Source of the DNA: a virus
IMG/VR virus record: IMGVR_UViG_3300010354_012181
Coordinates: 8,450-72,449 of that record
DNA: 64,000 nucleotides
Direction: 5' to 3' (one strand)
The notes beneath the pieces were generated by a model. The model ran no database searches and was not told the DNA's origin. It saw only the letters and a list, made by a program, of their open reading frames with translations. This document shows, piece after piece, positions 7,398 through 15,149 of this stretch. The position numbers were made by a program, and so were the translations under genes. Each line of letters opens with the position of its first letter. Within the stretch, counting starts at the first letter, position 1.

Positions 7398-7410
7398 ATC
7401 AATAATTTAG

Positions 7411-7492
7411 GCCCCTGTGGCGCAAAATACCGGGAAGACGCGACTGTTCAAGAGACAGTAATGTGCGGGTTCGAATCCCGTCAGGGGCACCA
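7411..7492 (+). tRNA. Atypical tRNA, Leu-like (AAG by position), short variable loop
   Basis: GCCCCTG/CAGGGGC-A-CCA; ACTGT-TCAAGAG-ACAGT with C33; normal T arm. Confidence 0.65.
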
Positions 7493-7498
7493 GTTTAC

Positions 7499-7586
7499 GG
7501 AAGTGTGGTCGAGTGGTCTATGGCACTGGTCTTGAAAACCAGCGATCTGAAAGGGTCCGTGAGTTCGAATCTCACCGCTTCCGCCA
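7499..7586 (+). tRNA. tRNA-Ser(TGA)
   Basis: CTGGT-CTTGAAA-ACCAG; long V arm; G73; CCA. Confidence 0.92.
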
Positions 7587-7595
7587 TTTTAGGAG

Positions 7596-7799
7596 ATGAA
7601 TATGGAAGTTAACTCAGTGACTTATTACGGTTGGAGAGATAATCTACAAACCGTAGAAAAACGCATCACCTATGATTATTCTAATGGTAATGATGTAACT
7701 GTAGTCGAACGTAGATCTTATCTTATAACTCTTTATGACGGAAGAGGTAATGTAGATGTGTCTCAGAGCAAAGGTAACAATATTGATCAAATGGCCTGA
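7596..7799 (+). CDS. Small hypothetical protein
   Basis: AGGAG RBS; stop overlaps the 5' end of tRNA-Ile. Confidence 0.65.
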   Translation: MNMEVNSVTYYGWRDNLQTVEKRITYDYSNGNDVTVVERRSYLITLYDGRGNVDVSQSKGNNIDQMA

Positions 7800-7868
7800 T
7801 TAGCTCAGTGGTAGAGCATCGTCTTGATAAGGCGAGGGTCCGTGGATCGTTCCCACGATCAGGCACCA
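7794..7868 (+). tRNA. tRNA-Ile(GAT)
   Basis: TCGTC-TTGATAA-GGCGA; variant T loop ATCGTTC; CCA. Confidence 0.85.
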
Positions 7869-7870
7869 AT

Positions 7871-7946
7871 GGGACGTTAGCTCAGTTGGTAGAGCAGCGG
7901 ACTTTTAATCCGTTGGTCACTGGTTCGAATCCAGTACGTCCTACCA
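7871..7946 (+). tRNA. tRNA-Lys(TTT)
   Basis: GCGGA-CTTTTAA-TCCGT; CCA. Confidence 0.93.
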
Positions 7947-7951
7947 TATTT

Positions 7952-8027
7952 GGTAACGTAGCATAGCGGCTAATGCGGCACCTTCATACGGTGTTTATCG
8001 TGAGTTCGAGTCTCACCGTTACTACCA
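7952..8027 (+). tRNA. tRNA-Met(CAT) elongator (or Ile2)
   Basis: GCACC-TTCATAC-GGTGT; CCA. Confidence 0.85.
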
Positions 8028-8033
8028 AACAAT

Positions 8034-8109
8034 TGGGGATTCGCCAAGTTGGTAAGGCATCGGATTTTGATTCCGACATTCGGTGGTTCGAGTCCATCAT
8101 CCCCAGCCA
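8034..8109 (+). tRNA. tRNA-Gln(TTG)
   Basis: TCGGA-TTTTGAT-TCCGA; U1:A72, G73; CCA. Confidence 0.92.
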
Positions 8110-8110
8110 A

Positions 8111-8187
8111 CGGTCCTTAACTCAATGGATTAGAGTGCCAGTCTTCGAAACTGGAGGTTGGGGGTTCGAGTCCCTCAGGGCCGGCCA
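8111..8187 (+). tRNA. tRNA-Arg(TCG)
   Basis: CCAGT-CTTCGAA-ACTGG; CCA. Confidence 0.9.
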
Positions 8188-8193
8188 TACAAT

Positions 8194-8267
8194 GGTGTTG
8201 TTAGTGTAGTGGTAACACGACTGTCTGTGAAACAGTAAACCAGGGTTCGATTCCCGACTTCACCCCA
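8194..8267 (+). tRNA. tRNA-His(GTG)
   Basis: ACTGT-CTGTGAA-ACAGT; G-1:C73; two U-U mismatches in acceptor stem. Confidence 0.8.
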
Positions 8268-8271
8268 GTTA

Positions 8272-8344
8272 CCCGCTTTAGCTGATGTGGTCATAGCAAC
8301 GGTTTGAAGAACCGTGGAACGTGGTTCGATCCCACGAGGCGGGA
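8272..8344 (+). tRNA. tRNA-Phe(GAA), CCA not fully encoded
   Basis: ACGGT-TTGAAGA-ACCGT; CCCGCTT/AGGCGGG. Confidence 0.85.
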
Positions 8345-8346
8345 CA

Positions 8347-9258
8347 TTAATTTATAAATTCTAGTCCTTTGAAATAATGTTGTCGATTAACCAATAATTC
8401 TAAAGGCTGCGTGTATTTTTTAACATAACCTATTACTATTTCTAAAGGCATATTTTTTGGGGAAAGATTAAAATTTTTACACCATGTTTCAAACTTCATT
8501 GAGGAATATAACTTTTTTCTATTCTCATTAGTGTCAAACACAAAACCACCATGAGAACCAAATCTACCAGTGCAATCTATTTCCGTAGGATCATCGTTTT
8601 CATAAAATGATTGTAATGGTGGTTTACCAAGAATAGATCTATTTAAGAGAACAAGATTTTTTTGATTATAATTAAAAAATTTATAATTAGAAAGCAAGTC
8701 TTCTGAATTAAAGGTTAACCAATTATCCCAAGTTATGGGCCTGATCTCAAATGATGTTATAGGATAAAACGTATTGGTGAATATTTTATTTTCCGTTAAA
8801 TTTGCCACGTGTTCAAGACTGTGAACATTATTATTTAGATTTTCTATTGATTTTATGAAATCTTGTTTATCATAATCATTAATAATGTTAAAATTGCAAT
8901 CAAACGGATTTGGTAAATTATGATAGGGATCTGAATCGATCCAAATCATGTTTTTTGTAAAAAATCTATGAATAAAATTAAGAGTCGATTGTTGAAAATC
9001 AAATGTAGGCGATAACTGAAATGGGATTTTAAATCCTTTATTTTCAAGGTTAATTAAACTCTTTAGAATTTCATTCCAGCAGGATTCAACATCTATATGA
9101 TCTCGATAAGAGTGCGGGTGATAGCACCAATACTCATTTCTCATTGTGTATGTTTCTTTTTTAGAAGAAAAAAAATCAAACCATTTTTGAATTAAAGATT
9201 CATCGAATAATTCAATAAGAACATAATTAGATTTTTGAAAAGTTAATAAAAGACGCAT
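8347..9258 (-). CDS. Hypothetical protein (AT-rich insertion in the tRNA array)
   Basis: 303-aa ORF on the opposite strand, preceded by TATAAATA (minus strand, 9263-9270). Confidence 0.75.
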   Translation of the reverse strand: MRLLLTFQKSNYVLIELFDESLIQKWFDFFSSKKETYTMRNEYWCYHPHSYRDHIDVESCWNEILKSLINLENKGFKIPFQLSPTFDFQQSTLNFIHRFFTKNMIWIDSDPYHNLPNPFDCNFNIINDYDKQDFIKSIENLNNNVHSLEHVANLTENKIFTNTFYPITSFEIRPITWDNWLTFNSEDLLSNYKFFNYNQKNLVLLNRSILGKPPLQSFYENDDPTEIDCTGRFGSHGGFVFDTNENRKKLYSSMKFETWCKNFNLSPKNMPLEIVIGYVKKYTQPLELLVNRQHYFKGLEFIN

Positions 9259-9279
9259 AAAATATTTATAGGAGTAATT

Positions 9280-9474
9280 ATGAGACCAATCACTTTAAAA
9301 AATCGATTGAACAACGATCGTTTTATCTGCGACGATATAAAAATCACTGAAATTATAGATGGTGTAGAATATCTTTTGGTTAAACGATTAGGTGAAAATA
9401 GAAAATTTTTGATGCGTAAAGAGGCATTAGAAAAGGTTGACACAGCGGAAAAAAAATCTTATAATAAGAAATGA
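9280..9474 (+). CDS. Small hypothetical protein
   Basis: AGGAG RBS. Confidence 0.7.
   Translation: MRPITLKNRLNNDRFICDDIKITEIIDGVEYLLVKRLGENRKFLMRKEALEKVDTAEKKSYNKK
9437..9465 (+). promoter_or_regulatory. sigma70-type promoter for the two tRNA-Leu genes
   Basis: TTGACA(9437)-17 nt-TATAAT(9460). Confidence 0.8.
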
Positions 9475-9480
9475 TAGCAA

Positions 9481-9563
9481 GCCCCGATGGTGGAATGGTA
9501 GACACGCTGGTCTTAGAAGCCAGTGCCTAGTGCGTGAGAGTTCGAGTCTCTCTTGGGGCACCA
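9481..9563 (+). tRNA. tRNA-Leu(TAG)
   Basis: CTGGT-CTTAGAA-GCCAG; long V arm; CCA. Confidence 0.93.
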
Positions 9564-9568
9564 AATAT

Positions 9569-9653
9569 GCGACTGTGGTGAAATCGGTAGACACAAGAGA
9601 CTTAAAATCTCTCGCTTTCGGGCGTGCCAGTTCGATTCTGGCCAGTCGCACCA
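9569..9653 (+). tRNA. tRNA-Leu(TAA)
   Basis: AGAGA-CTTAAAA-TCTCT; long V arm; CCA. Confidence 0.93.
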
Positions 9654-9671
9654 TTATTGTAAATATTTGTT

Positions 9672-10154
9672 ATGAACAATTATTTAAATTATATTGATAC
9701 ACCCTCCCTGCCTGAATCGATAATCCAGGAGGTTTATAAAAGTACACAAAATCCAAATATTTTTTACGTTCAAAAAAGTCAGAATGAATATGGATTATAT
9801 GAAGCTACAGACTTATTAAAAGAGTATACTCATAAAATTTTCTCATTTCAACATAAAACAAGAGTACAAAAAATATATAAAGACCTTTTCATTCATAAGG
9901 ACTTTGAAAGGGGTTTAGCCTACAACTATCTGATAGATCTAGGTGGAGATAATGTAGAAACTTGTTTTTTTGATAATGATTTTAAATTAGTTGAAACCCA
10001 TGTGATTAAAAAACACGCATGGCATACTCTAGACGTAACAGTTTTTCATAGTGTAAAAAATGTTACTCACCCAAGATTGGCCATAACTCTTTTTCCTATC
10101 GACAGTAAAGTAAATTATTTTAAATTAGCAGATCAAAATTGGTGTAAAGAATAG
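9672..10154 (+). CDS. Cupin/2OG-Fe(II) oxygenase-like protein
   Basis: HKD...FHSV...PRLAITL double-stranded beta-helix pattern. Confidence 0.6.
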   Translation: MNNYLNYIDTPSLPESIIQEVYKSTQNPNIFYVQKSQNEYGLYEATDLLKEYTHKIFSFQHKTRVQKIYKDLFIHKDFERGLAYNYLIDLGGDNVETCFFDNDFKLVETHVIKKHAWHTLDVTVFHSVKNVTHPRLAITLFPIDSKVNYFKLADQNWCKE

Positions 10155-10198
10155 ATGTGTGTTCTATAAATTATTTGTATTAGGTTATAACTAAAAAT

Positions 10199-10822
10199 AT
10201 GTTGACTAACTTAGATAAGATTAAGTTCATTGGTGACCTTAGCCTCCAAGATGCTGACATATTGGCTAAGTTTGGACGTCAATCAAAATCTATTATCGAA
10301 TTTGGTTCAGGTGGTAGCACACAGATTTTTTCTCAGTGCGGATGTAATTCTGTAACTAGCATTGAAACTGATCCTAATTGGATAAATCTAACAAAAAAAA
10401 GACTAAGTCAATTGAATGAAGCGTCTGTTGTAGAATTTTTTTCCTATACCCACTTAGACAAAATTATTTTTGGAAAACAATATGATCTTATTTTTGTAGA
10501 TGGTGTAGATCATCTCCGCAGAGAATTTGCAATTACCACGTGGAAGTATCTACAGGTAGGAGGGGTGATGATATTTCACGACACGAGACGTTTTAATGAT
10601 TTTCAAAATGTTGCTTGGATAGCACAATTATACTTTAACGAAATAAATCGAATAGATATAAATCTTGCAGCCAGCGATGGGATCAGTAGTAATATGACCG
10701 TCATCCACAAAAAAAGTTACGAGCCTTACCAAAACTGGAACCATACTGAAAACAAACCTCTTTGGGCTTATGGTTCACAGCCCAATACTGAGGATATTCC
10801 ATTATGGAGTCAGAACAGTTAA
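10199..10822 (+). CDS. Class I SAM-dependent methyltransferase
   Basis: IIEFGSGGST, YDLIFVDG, GGVMIFHD. Confidence 0.85.
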   Translation: MLTNLDKIKFIGDLSLQDADILAKFGRQSKSIIEFGSGGSTQIFSQCGCNSVTSIETDPNWINLTKKRLSQLNEASVVEFFSYTHLDKIIFGKQYDLIFVDGVDHLRREFAITTWKYLQVGGVMIFHDTRRFNDFQNVAWIAQLYFNEINRIDINLAASDGISSNMTVIHKKSYEPYQNWNHTENKPLWAYGSQPNTEDIPLWSQNS

Positions 10823-10828
10823 GTTTAT

Positions 10829-10918
10829 GGAGAGTTGGCCGAGTGGCTGAAGGCAGCGGCTTGCTAAGCCGTCCACGGGTTAAACCGTGCATAGGTTCGA
10901 ATCCTATACTCTCCGCCA
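10829..10918 (+). tRNA. tRNA-Ser(GCT)
   Basis: GCGGC-TTGCTAA-GCCGT; long V arm; CCA. Confidence 0.93.
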
Positions 10919-10940
10919 AATTTTTAAAAAGGAAACATAT

Positions 10941-11117
10941 ATGTTGAAATCCGGATCGAATTATAAAATGACGAAACAATCAAAGCGTCTTTTAGCCACT
11001 AAGAAAATGATAGATGCTCATTATAGGGGAGAAATCAAAAGAACTGTAATTCAGGCGGAACTGGCCGCGGCAATCCAACCAAAAAGAGAAAAAGGTAAAA
11101 GAGAATCTTTGGAATAA
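10941..11117 (+). CDS. Small basic hypothetical protein
   Basis: AAGGA RBS, ATG at 10941. Confidence 0.65.
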   Translation: MLKSGSNYKMTKQSKRLLATKKMIDAHYRGEIKRTVIQAELAAAIQPKREKGKRESLE

Positions 11118-11132
11118 CATAACCAAAATGTC

Positions 11133-11160
11133 TTGACACTGACATAAAATAGTGTATAAT
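11133..11160 (+). promoter_or_regulatory. sigma70-type promoter
   Basis: TTGACA-16 nt-TATAAT. Confidence 0.7.
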
Positions 11161-11167
11161 AGTTTTT

Positions 11168-11428
11168 GTTCGGTAGCAATACTGAACCGGTGAAGTGAAA
11201 GGTAGATGAGGGTAGACGCTTGTATGGCTGAATGCCGTACATCCAATTCTGGCAAAGACTCTTGAAAAGTCTCCGTGCTTGGGTGAACCGATTCTTATAT
11301 ACCTGTCAATTGCTGATCGGAAATATTCAGGCCCCTGTAGCCTGTCTATTGCACGTTGTCAAGGATTAACTTTTAGTAAATCCGTTTGTCAATTGTCCGG
11401 TCTATTACTTGACCTTTCGCCGACCCGT
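11168..11428 (+). ncRNA. Putative ~260-nt structured ncRNA
   Basis: 5' GCAA-tetraloop hairpin; closing stem GTGAAAGGT/ACCTTTCGC; internal hairpins; repeated TGTC(A/T)ATTG motifs; no credible ORF. Confidence 0.65.
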
Positions 11429-11437
11429 TAGTATAAT
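11409..11437 (+). promoter_or_regulatory. Possible sigma70 promoter
   Basis: TTGACC-17 nt-TATAAT upstream of the 11457 ORF. Confidence 0.55.
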
Positions 11438-11456
11438 ATAAAAAAGAGAGACACAA

Positions 11457-12029
11457 ATGAATATCACACTTCGCAAAGCAAACGCCATCCAGAACAGTAT
11501 CAACGATGCAGTAAAGAATATCAAAGTTGAGTTAAATGTAGAACTCAACGAGTTCCAAAATGTTGAAGAAACAATCAGTCAGGCCAACAATGCGTTGATT
11601 GAGGCAGACGGCCGTCGTCAGAAGTTAACCATGGCTCTGTACAATATTCGAGCCCTTGTCGGAACTGCTAATTCTTCTAGCGGTATAGATACTGCTTTGG
11701 CTAAAGCAGCATTCGTAGACAAACGTATCGGTCAATTAGAAGAATTATCTCACGCCAAGGAAATGACCGGCCTAGATGTAATTAAAGGAAAACTAGAAAA
11801 AATAAAAAGTCTTAAGGACGAGGCTAGGAGTAGAGTATTTGGTTATGGTGATACCGTCACAACTTCTGTTCTTAGCAAAGAACAGATTTCACAGGCTAAA
11901 ACAGAAGTTCTTAACCTTAAAAAACAAAAACAAAAACTTAACGATGAGATTCTGGAGTTGAATATTAAAACTGAAATTCCCCTCAGCGATGATGTAGTTA
12001 AAACATTACAGTCTGAAGGGTTATTGTAA
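11457..12029 (+). CDS. Coiled-coil protein, possibly DIP1984-like
   Basis: All-helical heptad pattern; C-terminal LKKQKQKLNDEILELNIKTEI resembles that family (from memory, unverified). Confidence 0.6.
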   Translation: MNITLRKANAIQNSINDAVKNIKVELNVELNEFQNVEETISQANNALIEADGRRQKLTMALYNIRALVGTANSSSGIDTALAKAAFVDKRIGQLEELSHAKEMTGLDVIKGKLEKIKSLKDEARSRVFGYGDTVTTSVLSKEQISQAKTEVLNLKKQKQKLNDEILELNIKTEIPLSDDVVKTLQSEGLL

Positions 12030-12036
12030 AATCTAT

Positions 12037-12110
12037 CGCGGGATAGAGAAATGGTATCTCGAGAGTCTCATAAGCTCTAGTTCCTGGTTCAATTCCGGGT
12101 CCCGCAACCA
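12037..12110 (+). tRNA. tRNA-Met(CAT), initiator-like
   Basis: C1:A72 mismatch, CGCGGG 5' end, loop CTCATAA; lacks the full 3 G:C anticodon-stem run. Confidence 0.85.
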
Positions 12111-12112
12111 TT

Positions 12113-12352
12113 TATTGATAGTAGTATAAGATCCGATTCGGAAACCGAAAGGTAAAACTTAGCGGGTGGAACTGCGAGGTAGATGTATCGTAGATACATT
12201 TCGATTCTCATATATGATCCAGGGCGTTTTACAGCGTGACCAGATTGAGGGATACGGATTCCATGTTAGGCTGGACTATAGAAGCAGGTGCTGTAATGCC
12301 TGGGCGGCCCCGGGTTTCGTCCCAAACCAAAACTTCAATATTACTATCAATA
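12113..12352 (+). ncRNA. Putative ~240-nt structured ncRNA closed by a 15-bp stem
   Basis: TATTGATAGTAGTAT/ATATTACTATCAATA; internal ACC-GAAA-GGT, AGATGTATC/GATACATTT, CCAGGGCG..TTACAGC/GCTGTAATGCCTGG. Confidence 0.6.
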
Positions 12353-12371
12353 TTCTTATAAGTAGAATTAT

Positions 12372-12445
12372 GCGGGGTTCGTATAGTGGTAATACCTCAG
12401 CCTTCCAAGCTGATGCGGAGAGTTCGATTCTCTTACCCCGCTCCA
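12372..12445 (+). tRNA. tRNA-Gly(TCC)
   Basis: TCAGC-CTTCCAA-GCTGA; U73; CCA. Confidence 0.93.
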
Positions 12446-12451
12446 AATAAA

Positions 12452-13027
12452 ATGCAAGTAATTGATCAAAACAAAACCTTTCGTAAGTTTGATTTTAGTT
12501 CTGTAATTACCGCAGATGATAATAGATCAGCAATAGGTATAATCAAAGACATCATCGCAGACGGAAATTATTTTACTAACAGTCCTAAGTTTCAAACTAA
12601 AGAAAACATATTTTCTCGACCTGAACCTGTCTGGCTCAAGTATCGAATGAGTTTTTTATTTTCTGTGTTCTTATACCTGGGTCGCGAAGTCAAGGTCAGT
12701 AATATGATGGCCTGGTCATTTATGACTAATCTCGAAGGTGCCGAGGACCGTGAAAAATTATGGCATCATCATTGGCATCCTAGTCGTCCAGAATCTAAAC
12801 TTCTCAGCGGTATATGGTATCTGCATATACCCGAAGATGTAAAAGATCGAGATTACTGTGGTACTGAAATGGCTCCAAATGGTATAGATGCTGATGGAAA
12901 ATTTTTTGTTCGTCCCTCAGATAACAATTGGTTAATTTATCCTAGCGATCAATGGCATAGGCCCGGAATCGTTCAAAGTGATCAGTATCGATTTATATTG
13001 GCCGCAGATGTAGAATATTACGATTGA
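12452..13027 (+). CDS. Putative 2OG-Fe(II) oxygenase-like protein
   Basis: WHHHWH, LSGIWYL, LIYPSDQWH, RFILA; ATG right after tRNA-Gly. Confidence 0.65.
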   Translation: MQVIDQNKTFRKFDFSSVITADDNRSAIGIIKDIIADGNYFTNSPKFQTKENIFSRPEPVWLKYRMSFLFSVFLYLGREVKVSNMMAWSFMTNLEGAEDREKLWHHHWHPSRPESKLLSGIWYLHIPEDVKDRDYCGTEMAPNGIDADGKFFVRPSDNNWLIYPSDQWHRPGIVQSDQYRFILAADVEYYD

Positions 13028-13065
13028 AAATAATAATTTAAATCCGCAGGCCTGGAGATTTAGTA

Positions 13066-13467
13066 ATGCAATTTGCTGTTCAAACTCGTAGCAAACAAAA
13101 CAAAGAATTTATCGAACGGATCCTTCCATCAATGATAACGCAGTTAGGTTTGCAACACAGTAAAAAATTATTGTTTGTTAGAATAGTCAAAGACATTGAT
13201 GACAATGACGGTTGCACTAGTCATATCGTCAATCTCGGTACTATTGTAATTTTACTTAAACCTCAGAGCCTAGAAAGATTGGGAGTTACTCTCGCTCATG
13301 AAATGGTTCATGTTAAACAACTAGCCAAAGGTAAACTTAAAACTATTAAAGGTATAAGTTATTGGAACGGTAAAAGATACAGCAAACGAACAAAGTATCT
13401 CGATCAACCCTGGGAAATAGAAGCATTTAGTAAACAAGAATTAATTTTTAGACGCTCTATAGAGTAG
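13066..13467 (+). CDS. Zinc metallopeptidase (HExxH)
   Basis: TLAHEMVHVKQ ... PWEIEA. Confidence 0.8.
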   Translation: MQFAVQTRSKQNKEFIERILPSMITQLGLQHSKKLLFVRIVKDIDDNDGCTSHIVNLGTIVILLKPQSLERLGVTLAHEMVHVKQLAKGKLKTIKGISYWNGKRYSKRTKYLDQPWEIEAFSKQELIFRRSIE

Positions 13468-13480
13468 AAAGGAGGGCAAG

Positions 13481-14086
13481 ATGCCTAGTGTATTTTTAGT
13501 TAGCGACACGCACTTTGGTCACGCAGGTGTCTGCCGCTTCACACGCAACGATGGTGTGACAAAACTGCGTCCGTGGGATGATCCTGCGGAGATGGACGAA
13601 GATATGATCAAGGCCTGGAACGAACGTGTCCGACCCACTGATAAGGTATACCATTTAGGTGATGTTGTTATTAATCGGAAAGCCATGTCTACATTATCAC
13701 GTTTGAATGGGGACAAGGTCTTGATACGTGGTAATCACGACATCTTCCGTGATGACGAGTATAGGCAGTTCTTTAGAGAATTGCGAGCATACCACGTTAT
13801 GAACGGAATGATCTTAAGCCATATTCCTGTACACAGTGACAGCTTAGGTCGTTTTGGTACAAACATTCACGGCCACTTACACGCAAACCGTGTTAAGAAG
13901 CCTCGCGGTGTTGATGCTCGTACAGGAGAAATCTTGTACAGCGATGAAAACGATGTTCGCTACCATTGCGTTTGCGTAGAACAAACACCAGACTTTGCTC
14001 CAATATTATTTGAAGACGTTATCAAACGCATCGAAGAAGAAGGCGGAAGTATTGGATTTAGAAACGGAAACGGCGCAATCATGTAG
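13481..14086 (+). CDS. Calcineurin-like metallophosphoesterase
   Basis: SDTHFGH, HLGD, GNHD, SH, HGHLH motifs. Confidence 0.9.
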   Translation: MPSVFLVSDTHFGHAGVCRFTRNDGVTKLRPWDDPAEMDEDMIKAWNERVRPTDKVYHLGDVVINRKAMSTLSRLNGDKVLIRGNHDIFRDDEYRQFFRELRAYHVMNGMILSHIPVHSDSLGRFGTNIHGHLHANRVKKPRGVDARTGEILYSDENDVRYHCVCVEQTPDFAPILFEDVIKRIEEEGGSIGFRNGNGAIM

Positions 14087-14089
14087 TTT

Positions 14090-14119
14090 AAATAGGGCAC
14101 TCTGGTGCCCTATTTTTTT
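14090..14119 (+). terminator. Intrinsic terminator
   Basis: AAATAGGGCAC-TCTG-GTGCCCTATTTTTTT. Confidence 0.88.
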
Positions 14120-14163
14120 GAGTAAAAAAATATAATGCATAAATATATTTTTTAACATATATT

Positions 14164-15051
14164 ATGAATAACAAATTATTTAGATATTCAAATAAAGATA
14201 GCTTTCTAATTTGCTACACTCTAATAATGATAGCGATTCCTATCATTTTAGCTCTGTACACACCCAGCCTTCCGTGGTTATTTTTAATAACTTTTTTCCA
14301 TATTTGGTTTATTGTTAATGGACAAAATTCAGCAGAGCACCATCACACACACTGGCCTACTTTTTGGAGTCAATCTCTTAATCAAAAATATGAATTATTA
14401 CTGTCAATGGCATTTGGTATACCAGTAAGCACTTGGAAAGACTCTCATTTTTTACATCACAAACATGTAAATGATAAGCCAGTAAATGGCGTGACACAAG
14501 ATCCTATTAGTGTGTATACACTTAATCCAGAAAAGGAAGAACTTAATAATTTTTGGGTATATTGTTTCAAAGGCGCTTGGATTTTTAATATAAAAGGCGT
14601 TTTTACTTGGCATAAATTAAAATTATACTATATGCCTCAGGTACAAGATCAATGTCGTCGTGAAATATGGGCCTTCCGCATATTTTTAATTTTTATTCTT
14701 TATCTAAATTTGTTTTATGGATTTTGGCTGATTGCTGTATATATAATGTCGTATGTTGTAAATAATGCTAACAGTTATGGCGAGCATTGGGGAGCCTTAA
14801 ATAGACGAGGTGATACCACACAGGATTCTATAGGAATATACAGTAAATGGTATAACATTTTTGGATTCAATGCCGGCCTTCATCAAGAACATCATCACAG
14901 ACCGGGAATACATTGGACTAAATTACCACTTATTACTCCATTGTTACATCCCGATAGAGTCAAAGTAAAACATGGAGTTCATATTACAAATAACCCTTTT
15001 TGGGAGCATTTTGTGTTGTTATTAAAAAGGCAAAAAGCAGTGCCAAAATAA
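14164..15051 (+). CDS. Fatty acid desaturase-family membrane protein
   Basis: His boxes HHHTH, HFLHHKH, HQEHHH; hydrophobic segments. Confidence 0.85.
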   Translation: MNNKLFRYSNKDSFLICYTLIMIAIPIILALYTPSLPWLFLITFFHIWFIVNGQNSAEHHHTHWPTFWSQSLNQKYELLLSMAFGIPVSTWKDSHFLHHKHVNDKPVNGVTQDPISVYTLNPEKEELNNFWVYCFKGAWIFNIKGVFTWHKLKLYYMPQVQDQCRREIWAFRIFLIFILYLNLFYGFWLIAVYIMSYVVNNANSYGEHWGALNRRGDTTQDSIGIYSKWYNIFGFNAGLHQEHHHRPGIHWTKLPLITPLLHPDRVKVKHGVHITNNPFWEHFVLLLKRQKAVPK

Positions 15052-15052
15052 G

Positions 15053-15082
15053 AAAAATAGGGCGTGATAGCCCTATTTTTTT
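15053..15082 (+). terminator. Intrinsic terminator
   Basis: AAAAATAGGGC-GTGATA-GCCCTATTTTTTT. Confidence 0.8.
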
Positions 15083-15149
15083 GAACTCATTTTCTTATTA
15101 GCGAGGCATAAATATATGATAATAATTAAGTTATCCCAGGAGTTATGCT

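Noticed and set aside
4190-12450. ORF-track entries overlapping tRNAs or structured RNAs (e.g. 4309-4719, 5893-6099, 6357-6554, 6472-6660, 7973-8209, 9427-9697, 10701-10979, 12166-12450)
   Set aside because: They are chance frames across GC-rich tRNA/ncRNA genes, with no RBS and no protein-like composition.
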